Positions 6,913 to 15,421 of a stretch of DNA of 25,483 nucleotides are shown here, one piece after another. The notes beneath the pieces were generated by a model. The model ran no database searches. It had not been told where the DNA came from and saw only the letters and a list, made by a program, of their open reading frames with translations. The DNA is taken from positions 1-25,483 of IMG/VR virus record IMGVR_UViG_3300048562_000006; one strand, given 5' to 3'. The stretch comes from a virus (Duplodnaviria; Caudoviricetes). The translations under genes and the position numbers were made by a program. Within the stretch, counting starts at the first letter, position 1. Each line of letters opens with the position of its first letter.

Positions 6913-9372
6913 TCAATCGTTGTAGTATTGTCCGGCTGGAGCAGGGCCGGGCTTCAGGGATAGGCCGACGATAATCATACTCCCCGATTTTCGCTTGCCA
7001 AATCCCCGCGATTCAAGCCGCGCAGAGAATCGCTTTTGCGATACCGGCATTTCACCGCGCTCCTGTACAAAATGCCGATATGATTTATAGGCATCGCTTG
7101 CCCTGCATTCCCCGCCGAGGTCGCAACTCTCGTGTATCCATGCAGCTAAGGTATCCTCGTCGTCCAGATAATCCTTGGTCGCCTCTTCCACGGCTTCCGG
7201 TTTGCCGAGGCCGTAATCCTGCCACGCTAGACATCCGTCAATCGCCCATTGCAGGATTGCAGGCCATTCAGCGCGGAGTTTCTCGGGTAGGTCGTATATG
7301 CGATCCTCGACCGGAACGGCACCAGGGAAATTGACTAAGTGCATGCGTCGGCGGATTTCTTCGCCTGTGGATTTTAGGGAGGGCCGGAAGTTGGCCCCAA
7401 TAATGAGTTTCCCTTGAGGCCGAAATGTAAAAGGTGACTGATATAGCCGCCGCGCAGATATCGTATCGCGCCCGGTGATTAGCTTTAAGAGCGCCTCGTT
7501 CCACCGACTCCCTTCTTCCGGTTCGCTGGCCCGAATCATCCTTGCTCCTGCTATCTCTGCCATTTCCGAGCTATGCCGCTCAATTTTGCTTTCCATGAGC
7601 ATTTCGATTTTCGCTGTGACGCAATAGTCCCCGAGCATATCTCCTAGACAGTCGATAAATTTTGATTTGCCGGAGTTGCCCTCGCCAACTACTAGCAACA
7701 TAGCTTCTTCGCGGCAATCCCCGGTAAGCATATATCCGGCCCATCGCTAGTAGTAATCACGCATTGAGTCATCGCCGTTTGTGCATCGCGCTAGCACGCT
7801 GTCCCAATACGGCATCGGGCCGCGCTTTGGGGAGACTGCGGTTATTTTGGTTATGTGCATTTCCGGCGTTGCTTCGATAAGCTTGCCTTCGCGCAGATCA
7901 ACTACACCGTCCGGCGTGCCGAGCAACCACGGATCAGAATCAAAATCGGCGGCCAGCATGGCATGGTTCTTTTCCCGCCCAGCTAGATACAGCACATTGC
8001 GAATCATGCCGCGACTGCAAATCGAGTTTTTCTGACTGCGGGAGAGATTTCCGGAACCGGGCCAAGTGACCACCTCGCGCATCTTTCGCAGCGTTTCGGG
8101 GACTATGGATTCCTTTTCGTCCATAAGCCACCTTACGCTATCCCATTTAAGCCATTTATCCCAAGCCGCGACGTATTTCCACGCGCCATCCGCTGATGCG
8201 CTCCATGCTTGCGCTAGGGCGTCTTCGCTAAACTCTGGTGGCAGGTATTCGGCAATCTGGACATCGCGCTTGCGGACAAGTGCGCCTTCAAACTCGATGA
8301 TCTCTGCTGTAGCCTGATGGCTTTCCGGCTTTGATACAGCCTCTATGGGCGGTTTTTCTGATGGGGTTGATACCTCGGCATTGCTAGCGGCTTCAATGGC
8401 GTCTGATTCTGTTTTTTTTTCCATCGCCTCAACTTTCTGCCGTAGCCGATCATCCTCGATTTCCTGCGATGTTACACGCTTCAATCTTTCCCTCGCCCAT
8501 ACTACCGCTTGCGCCCCATCCCAATCAACTGCGTCGCCTAAATCCCACGCCTCGGGCATATCAGTTGTGTCTATAAGTTCTACGGTGCAGTTTATTGCCA
8601 ACAGGAATCCGGCGATTGTTCGCATTGCGGCCATCCCCGGAGCGTCTGCATCCGGGCACAAGATAACGTGTCGGCCTGATAGTGGCGTCCAATCTATGTG
8701 CCATACCGCGTCCGATCCGCCTGGCCATGTCATGCACACCATGCCGCCGATCAATGCTTGCGCTGCGTCTGCGGCCTTCTCGCCTTCGCACAATAGCACC
8801 TTTGCATCTGGTCGCTTCGCCAGTATATCCAGACCGTATAGAGGGCGTGGCGATGGCCATGTCAGGGATCGCCATTCAAGCGGGGCGGCTATCTCTCCGA
8901 ACCGGCCAAACGTCCACGGGCGGTAAGTCTCGCGCCCATCTTTTATGTAACGGCAAACGAAGCCGATTGTCTGCCCGGCTTTGTCATAGTATCGCCAACT
9001 TGCTGTAGGTTCGCCAAGCCCTTTAATGGCAAAGCTGGCTGGCTTCGTATCTGTCGGGTGCGTATGCCACTTGCCGCTAGTGGTGAGGACTTCTTTGATT
9101 GGCGTTAGGGTTGTCGGCGTGTAGTTCTCGCCTTCGACTATTTTCTTAGCGGCCTTGAATCCACAGCTTTCCATACGCATAACGAAAGCGTAAGCATCAT
9201 CATGCGTAGGGCACCCGAAGCAATGCGCGATCCACTTTTCCCCATTGTGATACACGGACATTGACGGCGTTTCGTCAAGGTGCGCCGGGTTATAGCAGCA
9301 ACACTCGTAACGGTTTCCCCTCTCCTTGAGCTTGATGCCGTAGGAGAGCATTATTTCCGGTAATTCGCGCAT
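6913..9372 (-). pseudogene. P4/D5-type primase-helicase (Zn-binding domain, TOPRIM, D5_N, SF3 ATPase) interrupted by one in-frame TAG at 7749-7747
   Basis: ORF 7747-9372 (CHC2-like H..D..PS..CFGC; EGEKAADA; PDADAPG; WLLGTPDGVVDLREG) and ORF 6913-7731 (GEGNSGKS; LKLITGRDTISARRLY) share a frame and read DYY*RWAGYMLTG across the junction. Confidence 0.85.
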
Positions 9373-9479
9373 TGACGTAAAAGTCGGATTTTTAGTATTG
9401 CTTGTTGTTAAGAATCAATGTGATGCGTTGGTGCGACGGTTTGTTTTACGTCAATTAGGACGTCTACTTCACGTTATGT
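9373..9479 (+). other. attI-like site 1 (core GTTATGT at 9473-9479)
   Basis: TTAGGACGTCTACTTCAC-GTT; the core pairs with R'' of the next attC; no attC left half; 12-bp inverted repeat ATTGACGTAAAA at 9371-9382 and 9444-9455. Confidence 0.65.
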
Positions 9480-9480
9480 G

Positions 9481-10140
9481 TCAAAGCAGCGCCTCCTGTA
9501 CCGCCGCCGGTTTCGGTTCCGGTGGCAGCAGTTGGCCCTGCGCCTGTGCCCGCGAAATCCGCTCGCAGGCCAAATCGAAATACTTGCGCTCGCGTTCAAT
9601 CCCGGTGAATGTTTTGCCCAGCATCGCGCAGGCAACCCCGGTCGTTCCGCTGCCCATGAATGGGTCGCAAACCGTCTCAGCGTTCGCCACCTTGTCAATG
9701 CACCACGCCATCAAGTCAATCGGTTTCTGTGTCGGGTGCTCTTTCCCGCCGTCCATGTTCATCGGGCGCTTGCGGAAAATCCTCGCCACCGCGTCAATGC
9801 TTGTCCAAGCCATCTCACAGTCCGCAAAGTCGCGCCCGTCGTTCTGTTTGTCCCAAATCAGGAAGCACCGCGCCGGCCCCATCGTGTAGTAGTTGCCGCC
9901 CCACACAATCAAGTCTCGCGCCCAGTCGTGCAGCATCAGCATCAACCATTGCGGCACAGGCTTGTCGTCCCAGGTCTCGCCGCCGTGCCCCCGGCTGGTT
10001 GCCAGTCTGTGGCTCTTGTTAATCCCAATGCCGTAGGGTGGGTCAGTCAAAATCAGGTCGCTCTGCGGCAGCAAAGGCAAAACCTCGCGGCAGTCCCCGT
10101 GCCACAACTCCGCATTCCCGATCACTACTTTTTCCGCCAC
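9481..10140 (-). CDS. DNA methyltransferase, N6-adenine/N4-cytosine, beta class (cassette A1)
   Basis: LTDPPYG, HPTQKP and DPFMGSGTT motifs; GTG start at 10140 with an RBS (alternative ATG at 10194). Confidence 0.92.
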   Translation of the reverse strand: MAEKVVIGNAELWHGDCREVLPLLPQSDLILTDPPYGIGINKSHRLATSRGHGGETWDDKPVPQWLMLMLHDWARDLIVWGGNYYTMGPARCFLIWDKQNDGRDFADCEMAWTSIDAVARIFRKRPMNMDGGKEHPTQKPIDLMAWCIDKVANAETVCDPFMGSGTTGVACAMLGKTFTGIERERKYFDLACERISRAQAQGQLLPPEPKPAAVQEALL

Positions 10141-10190
10141 TTCGTTTCCTTTCTTCGCCGTACCGCCAGCGCCGACTTTTACCGTTTGAC

Positions 10191-10258
10191 CCATAACACG
10201 TCGCTCAACACGGACGCAGGCGATAAAGCCGCCTGCGCCGGTTAGCTAGGCGTTAGGC
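10191..10258 (+). repeat. attC site A1
   Basis: CCATAAC...GCT[C]AAC[A]CGG...CCGGTTAGC...GTTAGGC, 68 bp, with two unpaired bases. Confidence 0.9.
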
Positions 10259-10557
10259 GTCCGTCTGTTCCACGCTGCTATCGCCTCTTCCTTGGTGTCG
10301 CCATGAATCTCGGCACCGCATCCACCGTAGTTCGTGGCGCAATGAATCCCCCAGCACCATTGCTCTTTCGGCACTTCTAGGGTGCGGCGGTATGTGCGCA
10401 GCCCGATTTCTTCGTCATCCTTCCATCCGGTGCCGGACGGGTACATCGTATCCTCACCAACTTCGCCGTTGTCATGCATTGGTTTCCCACAAAACGGGCA
10501 CGGCAGCAGCCTAACAAGTACGTCAACCGGACCTTGCGCAATAACCGTCGTTTTCAT
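10246..10557 (-). CDS. Lar-like (restriction alleviation) Zn-finger protein (cassette A2)
   Basis: LLPCPFCG...C...GCGA...EEAIAAWNRR; RBS and start lie inside attC A2. Confidence 0.8.
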   Translation of the reverse strand: MKTTVIAQGPVDVLVRLLPCPFCGKPMHDNGEVGEDTMYPSGTGWKDDEEIGLRTYRRTLEVPKEQWCWGIHCATNYGGCGAEIHGDTKEEAIAAWNRRTPNA

Positions 10558-10602
10558 CTTCAAGACCTTCCGGCGCAAGGCCGGTTACCTAGATCGTTAG
10601 CC
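10509..10602 (+). repeat. attC site A2
   Basis: GCCTAAC...GT[C]AACCGG...CCGGTTAC...GTTAGCC, 94 bp. Confidence 0.88.
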
Positions 10603-10603
10603 A

Positions 10604-10924
10604 TCATGATCCAGCATCCAGCAGTAGCTGCGACAGCAGGTAACAAAACGGCTCGCCTCCTGCGTCCCGTGGGTCGATCCCGCACCGCTCGAACAGATGC
10701 AGTACCGCGTGCGAAAGTTCGTGGGCGAGGGTATGCGGCTGCGCTCCCCAAACGAGGTACGTCCACATTCCGTCTTTCCCTTCGCCGCCGGAGAACCGCC
10801 CTTCCTGCGCGCACGTCAGAACGTCCGGCGTCTTGAACAGCTTCCTGTGCGCCTTCTCGTACCCTTTTGCCGTCTTCGCCACGAACAGCCGCCCGTGGTA
10901 CGGTCGCAGTGAAAGCTCGCGCAT
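10604..10924 (-). CDS. Hypothetical protein with an HExxH motif (cassette A3)
   Basis: TLAHELSHAVLH...EPFCY; fills the cassette. Confidence 0.75.
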   Translation of the reverse strand: MRELSLRPYHGRLFVAKTAKGYEKAHRKLFKTPDVLTCAQEGRFSGGEGKDGMWTYLVWGAQPHTLAHELSHAVLHLFERCGIDPRDAGGEPFCYLLSQLLLDAGS

Positions 10925-10927
10925 GAT

Positions 10928-10996
10928 GGCTAACCCTGCGTTCCAGCGGAGGCTGCGCCATGAAGCGGCGCATCCCCGCTGAACTCTACGTTATAC
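10928..10996 (+). repeat. attC site A3
   Basis: GGCTAAC...GTT[C]CAGCGG...CCGCTGAAC...GTTATAC, 69 bp. Confidence 0.9.
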
Positions 10997-11200
10997 AACT
11001 CGCTCTCTCAGCTTCGCGGTCAGCACGGCGCACTTTGCAGCACTCTGCGCCGACGACTGAATCACGAATCCCATGTAATCCTCAAGCCAGTCAATCGCAT
11101 CGCGCGAAAGCTCAGGATTCAAAAACCCTTTGTCAAAAAGCGTCGTTGTCAGGTCTTTCGCTTGGCGCTGGTAGTAAGGTTCCACTGTTATTTCGCTCAT
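10991..11200 (-). CDS. Hypothetical protein (cassette A4)
   Basis: GGAGG RBS, starts MSEITVEP; TAA stop lies within the core site. Confidence 0.75.
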   Translation of the reverse strand: MSEITVEPYYQRQAKDLTTTLFDKGFLNPELSRDAIDWLEDYMGFVIQSSAQSAAKCAVLTAKLRERVV

Positions 11201-11213
11201 ACTTTCCTCCGTT

Positions 11214-11281
11214 GTATAACTAATCGTTCCAGCGGAGCTACGCAATAAGGCCGCGTAGCCCGCTGAACTCAGACGTTAGAG
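11214..11281 (+). repeat. attC site A4
   Basis: GTATAAC...GTT[C]CAGCGG...CCGCTGAAC...GTTAGAG, 68 bp. Confidence 0.9.
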
Positions 11282-11532
11282 CGCAAATCCTCAACAAACT
11301 TTGTTGCGCTCGGAACGTCAGCCCATGCTTTCGTGCCACGCTCAATAGCTATCGCCAGATCGACGGCGTTCTTTGCAATTGCTTCAGCGTCTTTTCTTCC
11401 ATTTCTGTACCCGGCCATGTATGCGGACTTGCAAGCGCCATCAATTTCTGACAACTGCGCCTGAGAAACACGCCCGAATAGTCTGGTCAGCTTCTCGCTC
11501 CGTTTTTTCCAGTCAGTGAAACTCATGTTCAT
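11269..11532 (-). CDS. Hypothetical protein (cassette A5)
   Basis: GGAG RBS, MNMSFTDW...RSNV; stop lies inside attC A4. Confidence 0.7.
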   Translation of the reverse strand: MNMSFTDWKKRSEKLTRLFGRVSQAQLSEIDGACKSAYMAGYRNGRKDAEAIAKNAVDLAIAIERGTKAWADVPSATKFVEDLRSNV

Positions 11533-11550
11533 ACTCCGTGGTTGTTTGCG

Positions 11551-11613
11551 CTCTAACATTCCGGTCCAGCAGATCGGCCGCAAGCGGCCTCCTGCTGACC
11601 TACAGCGTTAGCG
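11551..11613 (+). repeat. attC site A5
   Basis: CTCTAAC...GGT[C]CAGCAG...CTGCTGACC...GTTAGCG, 63 bp. Confidence 0.9.
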
Positions 11614-11828
11614 GGCTGGCAACTAATCGTGCATTCAATGTCATTGGATGGGTATGCCTTGCGTTGACACCAAATGATGCTGCCCCACACGCCATCAATG
11701 ATCCTTCTAGCTTGCGTGTCGGTAAGGTTTGTGATGGTCAGCGTAACCAAATCGCCCGCTAACCCGGCAGTCGACACGGACTGTCCGACGATGCCTTCGC
11801 TTGCGTTCTGTGGTTGCTCGTCGCTCAT
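11553..11828 (-). CDS. Hypothetical protein (cassette A6)
   Basis: AAGGA RBS and ATG inside attC A6; reads through attC A5. Confidence 0.6.
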   Translation of the reverse strand: MSDEQPQNASEGIVGQSVSTAGLAGDLVTLTITNLTDTQARRIIDGVWGSIIWCQRKAYPSNDIECTISCQPANAVGQQEAACGRSAGPEC

Positions 11829-11878
11829 CGCTATTCCTTTACTTTGTCCCCGGCCAGCCGGTCACTTGGGACGTAGAG
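11757..11878 (+). repeat. attC site A6 (long loop; R' lacks one T)
   Basis: CGCTAAC...AGT[C]GAC[A]CGG...CCGGTCACT...GTAGAGC; GTTAGAGC is expected from the partner core GCTCTAAC. Confidence 0.8.
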
Positions 11879-12183
11879 CGCATGTCGATTTCGCGCTCAC
11901 AATTCGCCGCCGTCAGCCGCGCCATGCGTGCGCTCTTGCAATCGAGCGTTTCGCCATCCTCCGGCCAAATGTCGGTTGGGTACTGCGCGGCTATCTTGCG
12001 GCAAGCCTCTTTGCAGGCTCCGCGCTCTGCTGCCGTTATCAGGTCTGCGAACCTTTGCAGTTCTTCCCACGTTGGCGCGTCAGCTAACGCCGCCATGTCG
12101 CCGACCATCACAGCAATGCCAGCATCAATAGCGGCTCTAACTGTCACGTCGTTCGGACCTGCCGCAATAGGCGCATCAGGCAT
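11839..12183 (-). CDS. Hypothetical phage protein (cassette A7)
   Basis: AAGGA RBS and ATG inside attC A7; LQRFADLITAAERGACKEAC resembles common phage 'AEREAC' proteins. Confidence 0.7.
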   Translation of the reverse strand: MPDAPIAAGPNDVTVRAAIDAGIAVMVGDMAALADAPTWEELQRFADLITAAERGACKEACRKIAAQYPTDIWPEDGETLDCKSARMARLTAANCEREIDMRSTSQVTGWPGTK

Positions 12184-12228
12184 CTTCAATCCTTTCCGAG
12201 CGGCAGTCCGCACACGTTGGCGTTCGGC
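12135..12228 (+). repeat. attC site A7
   Basis: CTCTAAC...CGGACCTGCCGC-loop-GCGGCAGTCCG...GTTCGGC, 94 bp. Confidence 0.78.
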
Positions 12229-12497
12229 GTCGCGCTTCTCGCGCTGTAATGCGGCACGGACTCGCCAGTGACATCCCATACCGTTGTCGCTCCTGTTGTG
12301 CAGTCCTTTACCGACACCCTGACAGTCTTGTTCTTGCCTGCTATGTCGTATTCAGCGCCGTTCATGTCGTGCCACTCGGCCCACCGTGAAGCCATCTCTC
12401 GCGGCCCTTCCCAAGTGTCGGCGGTTCCCTTAATTGCGTCACCTTCACTTTCTCCGTACTCCTCGCACCACATCAGGTACTTTCGCTGCTCACTCAC
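12186..12497 (-). CDS. Hypothetical protein (cassette A8)
   Basis: AGAGGA RBS and GTG start; the C-terminus (TPNANV...) is encoded by attC A7. Confidence 0.75.
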   Translation of the reverse strand: MSEQRKYLMWCEEYGESEGDAIKGTADTWEGPREMASRWAEWHDMNGAEYDIAGKNKTVRVSVKDCTTGATTVWDVTGESVPHYSARSATPNANVCGLPLGKD

Positions 12498-12991
12498 GGT
12501 CTATCCTCTCTGCGGGCCGAACCCGCGCTTCGAGCGGGACTGTCTGCAAGCTGCGCTTGAATCCAGCCCCTCAAGCTAAACGTGTGGGTCGCAAGCCATG
12601 CCACAAGCTCATCCGCGTCACGAAATACAGACCAAGCCGCATCCGCGTCGTCATAGTGCGTGTAGTAACTGTCTCCGTCGTGGTTGTAGTCAGCGCCAAC
12701 TTGTACGCTTGTCGGGTTTCCGTTCGCGTCTCGGTGCCAGCGCAGCAAGCTCGGCCCGCCATGCAGAGGTAGCGCGGTTGCCGCGTCCTGCCACATATTG
12801 TCGCCCTCAAACTTTGCAAAGTGCGGATGTTTCGGGTAAATGTAGGCGTACACACACCAGCGGTTCTCCCCTTCGCTTGCATGCGTCGTCAGCCGCTCAC
12901 TGTCGTATGTCGGCGTCGTGTGATGACTCACCTCAACACAGAAGCCTTCTCCGCGCCGGTGCCAGAGTTCTTTCCGTTTCCAGTTGTCCAT
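12494..12991 (-). CDS. Hypothetical phage backbone protein
   Basis: GGGGAAG RBS; WCVYAYIYPKHP and QVGADYNH motifs; the 3' end reads through attC A8. Confidence 0.8.
   Translation of the reverse strand: MDNWKRKELWHRRGEGFCVEVSHHTTPTYDSERLTTHASEGENRWCVYAYIYPKHPHFAKFEGDNMWQDAATALPLHGGPSLLRWHRDANGNPTSVQVGADYNHDGDSYYTHYDDADAAWSVFRDADELVAWLATHTFSLRGWIQAQLADSPARSAGSARREDRP
12516..12589 (+). repeat. attC site A8 (terminal; degenerate R' GTGTGGGT)
   Basis: GCCGAAC...GCTT[C]GAG[C]GGG...CCCCTCAAGC...GTGTGGGT. Confidence 0.78.
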
Positions 12992-13004
12992 TTACTTCTT
13001 CCCC

Positions 13005-13544
13005 TCAAAAGTCGGCGCCCTCAACTTGTACGTTAATCGCCCTCAACACATCCTCCGCACAAGTAGCAAATATCCCCACTCCGCCAGCATCGCGCACCAT
13101 CTGTAGAAATGCGGCTTGTTCATGTTCATGTGCCTTTTGCGGCTTAATCCAGTCTCGACGCTTTCCATCAATTGCGAATAACCGAAAATCGGTTAGCAAT
13201 CCCCAAAAATCCACAATAGTCATATCTATATCTTCTGGCGTCTTGATGATATTGTAGAACCAGACTGGTACGTCTATTAGATTCCCATGCTTGTCGCGCC
13301 TTGTATAGGATGCTGCTCCTGTATTTTGCCTTACGGCAAATAGAACTTTTGGATGATTTGCTAAACACTCACTTATATCTGAATTGACAGCCGCCTCTAG
13401 CTCATCCTTTGGTGAGTGGTTCTTTATCTCGCGCTTCGGCTTGACATCGATATGCACAGTCTGTGGCTTGCCGTACATTGCGGCCCATGCGTCCAGCCCT
13501 TTCTGGTTCTCGCGGAGTGTTTCGCGGAGAGGTTTTTTAGGCAT
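13005..13544 (-). CDS. VRR-NUC / PD-(D/E)xK-type nuclease
   Basis: DFWG...FAIDGK...EQAAFLQMVRDAGGVG pattern. Confidence 0.75.
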   Translation of the reverse strand: MPKKPLRETLRENQKGLDAWAAMYGKPQTVHIDVKPKREIKNHSPKDELEAAVNSDISECLANHPKVLFAVRQNTGAASYTRRDKHGNLIDVPVWFYNIIKTPEDIDMTIVDFWGLLTDFRLFAIDGKRRDWIKPQKAHEHEQAAFLQMVRDAGGVGIFATCAEDVLRAINVQVEGADF

Positions 13545-13553
13545 TATGACAGA

Positions 13554-13852
13554 TCAATATGGCACGTCATCAGCCATATCATTAAACCCGCCATCCTTCG
13601 TGCTGCCCGGCTGGTATCCGTTCGCCTTGGCATCTGAATGCGCTGCCTGTGCTGGAGTAACCTCGCGTTCCTTCGGCACGAAAAAAGATACCCACCCAGA
13701 CCAATTCGGCCCTACAGGAATGGATTCGAGCTTGAGCGACATATACTTCCCGTCGTCTGACTCGAACACTGCGCCGATATTGACGTAGCGTTTCTTTGTT
13801 TGTCCATTTATTCGCCTACTGATGCCACGGCGTCATAAAGCTTTTTAGCCAT
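13554..13852 (-). pseudogene. Small ssDNA-binding-like protein with an apparent frameshift near 13809
   Basis: A coupled ATG at 13852 gives MAKKLYDAVASVGE*; a second frame continues NGQTKKRYVNIGAVF... and ends in the SSB-type acidic tail FNDMADDVPY. Confidence 0.6.
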
Positions 13853-14229
13853 CATTCACCTTTCATGTTAAGCAACTCGTTGTAAATCCTATCCACGATA
13901 CCGGCAACTGATTCGTATTCAACCATGAACCGATCATTGCCCATAGCGACTTCAAACGCTTTCCACGCGGCAACTTGCTTCTTTGTCAGTTCGCGTTTTC
14001 TAGGACGCATTTCAAGGCAGTCGCGTATAACATCGCGCATCCTGTCCTCATTTTCCAGAATTGCAGCCAGCAGGTTAGCGCGATCAGGATTGATGCCGAT
14101 ACGCACAAACTTTGATCCGGGCTTGCAATAGATGATATGAAACCCCTGCGGCCATCCGTCAATCCTTGCGTACTCTGCAACAGGGACATATCTGCGGCCC
14201 CTTTGTTCGTACCACGTCGTTGATTGCAT
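13852..14229 (-). CDS. Hypothetical protein (125 aa)
   Basis: GGAGG RBS; TGATG coupling to the next gene. Confidence 0.8.
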   Translation of the reverse strand: MQSTTWYEQRGRRYVPVAEYARIDGWPQGFHIIYCKPGSKFVRIGINPDRANLLAAILENEDRMRDVIRDCLEMRPRKRELTKKQVAAWKAFEVAMGNDRFMVEYESVAGIVDRIYNELLNMKGE

Positions 14230-14303
14230 GGTTCCTCCAAGTTATTGCCGGTTATACGTTACCGGCAAACGCTGGCACTAATTTTCTCCAGCCGCCACCG
14301 CAG

Positions 14304-14531
14304 TTAAAGATTGCGGCTCTTATGCTCCCGTTCCCTGGTCAGAGGAAGGGCGGGATCATCCATTGCCATTACCTTGTAAGCCTGCCGCACCGGACATTCT
14401 ACGCCCTCCACATGAGCGATAAAAGCTGCGAGGAAGCCGAATGCTTCGTTGCCTGATCGCATCGGAATGTCCAGCGCGAATGTCGGCATGTTGGGTAGCG
14501 TAATTCTGGCTCTGATGCTTTGCGATGGCAT
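14304..14531 (-). CDS. Hypothetical protein (75 aa)
   Basis: ORF in operon direction starting right after attI-like element 2; weak RBS. Confidence 0.5.
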   Translation of the reverse strand: MPSQSIRARITLPNMPTFALDIPMRSGNEAFGFLAAFIAHVEGVECPVRQAYKVMAMDDPALPLTREREHKSRNL

Positions 14532-14637
14532 TTTAGGACGTACTATATTCGGCTAAGTTGTTGATGGATTAGGCCATTAGTTGCTGATATTCGTCTGTTT
14601 ATGTACCATTTTTTAGGCTCCCTACTTCTAGTTGGGG
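14532..14637 (+). other. attI-like site 2 (core GTTGGGG at 14631-14637)
   Basis: TTAGGCTCCCTACTTCTA-GTT; the core GTTGGGGGTC is exactly complementary to GACCCCCAAC at 14932-14941; a second TTTTAGG copy lies at about 14531. Confidence 0.65.
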
Positions 14638-14897
14638 GTCAATGCGGCTTCTATCCGATCCGCTAAGTCGTTTCCTTGTATATTTAAATCGCGGTGGTCA
14701 AGATTTGATAGCGCGTCTCTCAATAATGTTCGCAATAGCCTGTTTTCTTCTAGGCATTCCTTGTGTCCATCCGCGTTTGCTTCAATCACTCGGCGCAGGT
14801 CGTGTATTTCCGTCGCAGCGTCCATGCACCGGCATTGCAGTTCGTGGCTGCTTTCGTTCGTGCTGCTGTTCTTAAGCCGAATCAAAATGTCCTGCAT
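14628..14897 (-). CDS. Hypothetical coiled-coil protein (cassette B1)
   Basis: GGAG RBS; DAATEIHDLR...AALTPN; stop lies in the attI-like site. Confidence 0.75.
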   Translation of the reverse strand: MQDILIRLKNSSTNESSHELQCRCMDAATEIHDLRRVIEANADGHKECLEENRLLRTLLRDALSNLDHRDLNIQGNDLADRIEAALTPN

Positions 14898-14934
14898 CGC
14901 GTTCTCCAAAAGTCAGTCTCTCCAGCACGGCGAC

Positions 14935-15004
14935 CCCCAACATTCCGGTGCAGGGGAGCCGTGCAAGCTACGCTTGCCCGTCCCCCTGACCTTGCACGTT
15001 CGGC
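14935..15004 (+). repeat. attC site B1
   Basis: CCCCAAC...GGT[G]CAGGGG...CCCCTGACC...GTTCGGC, 70 bp. Confidence 0.88.
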
Positions 15005-15005
15005 G

Positions 15006-15320
15006 TCACACCCGTTTGCCGCCGTGCCTGTGTCCGCGTCCCTTGTTCTTCTCCATCTTCGCCCGCTCCGCCGCGTCGATGTCGAGTCCAAGCCCGCCCG
15101 CGCAATCCAGCACGCGAATCAGCGTGTCCGCCAGTTCTTCCTCGAAGTTCGCCTTGTCGTCGTGCCTAAACGCTTCAAGGGCTTCGGAAACCTCGCTGTG
15201 AATAAGCGCCAGTATTCCTGGGATTTTGTAGGTGTCTGCCCATTGCTCAGGTTCCAGCACCTTCCAGCCGTTTGCGCGGTTGATGTTGTTGATTTCTTTC
15301 GCAAGCTCGTTCATGCTCAT
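15006..15320 (-). CDS. MazG-like nucleotide pyrophosphohydrolase (cassette B2)
   Basis: LIHSEVSEALEAFR...EEELADTLIRVLD; AAGGAG RBS. Confidence 0.88.
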   Translation of the reverse strand: MSMNELAKEINNINRANGWKVLEPEQWADTYKIPGILALIHSEVSEALEAFRHDDKANFEEELADTLIRVLDCAGGLGLDIDAAERAKMEKNKGRGHRHGGKRV

Positions 15321-15347
15321 GCCTTCTCCTTAGTTGAAAGTCAGTCC

Positions 15348-15417
15348 GCCGAACACGGCGGTGAAGAGGGACGCCTGCCAGCTACGCTGTCAGTCGCCCC
15401 TTACCTCTACGTTGGGC
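15348..15417 (+). repeat. attC site B2
   Basis: GCCGAAC...GGT[G]AAG[A]GGG...CCCCTTACC...GTTGGGC, 70 bp. Confidence 0.88.
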
Positions 15418-15421
15418 GTCT

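Larger units (their letters stand above)
9473..12589 (+). mobile_element. Integron-like cassette array 1 (8 cassettes; attC top strand is +, genes are on -)
   Basis: Eight attC-type imperfect palindromes, with one ORF per cassette and complementary cores at the cassette ends. Confidence 0.88.

Noticed and set aside
7747-7749. Genome-wide TAG-to-Gln recoding (genetic code 15)
   Set aside because: Other long genes have no internal TAG, and TAG serves as a coupled stop for the portal gene (TAGTG at 552-548).
14245-14268. Palindrome TTGCCGGT-N8-ACCGGCAA containing GTTATACGT, considered as an extra attC
   Set aside because: It is too short and has no R''/L-box structure or partner core; it may be an ordinary operator or hairpin.
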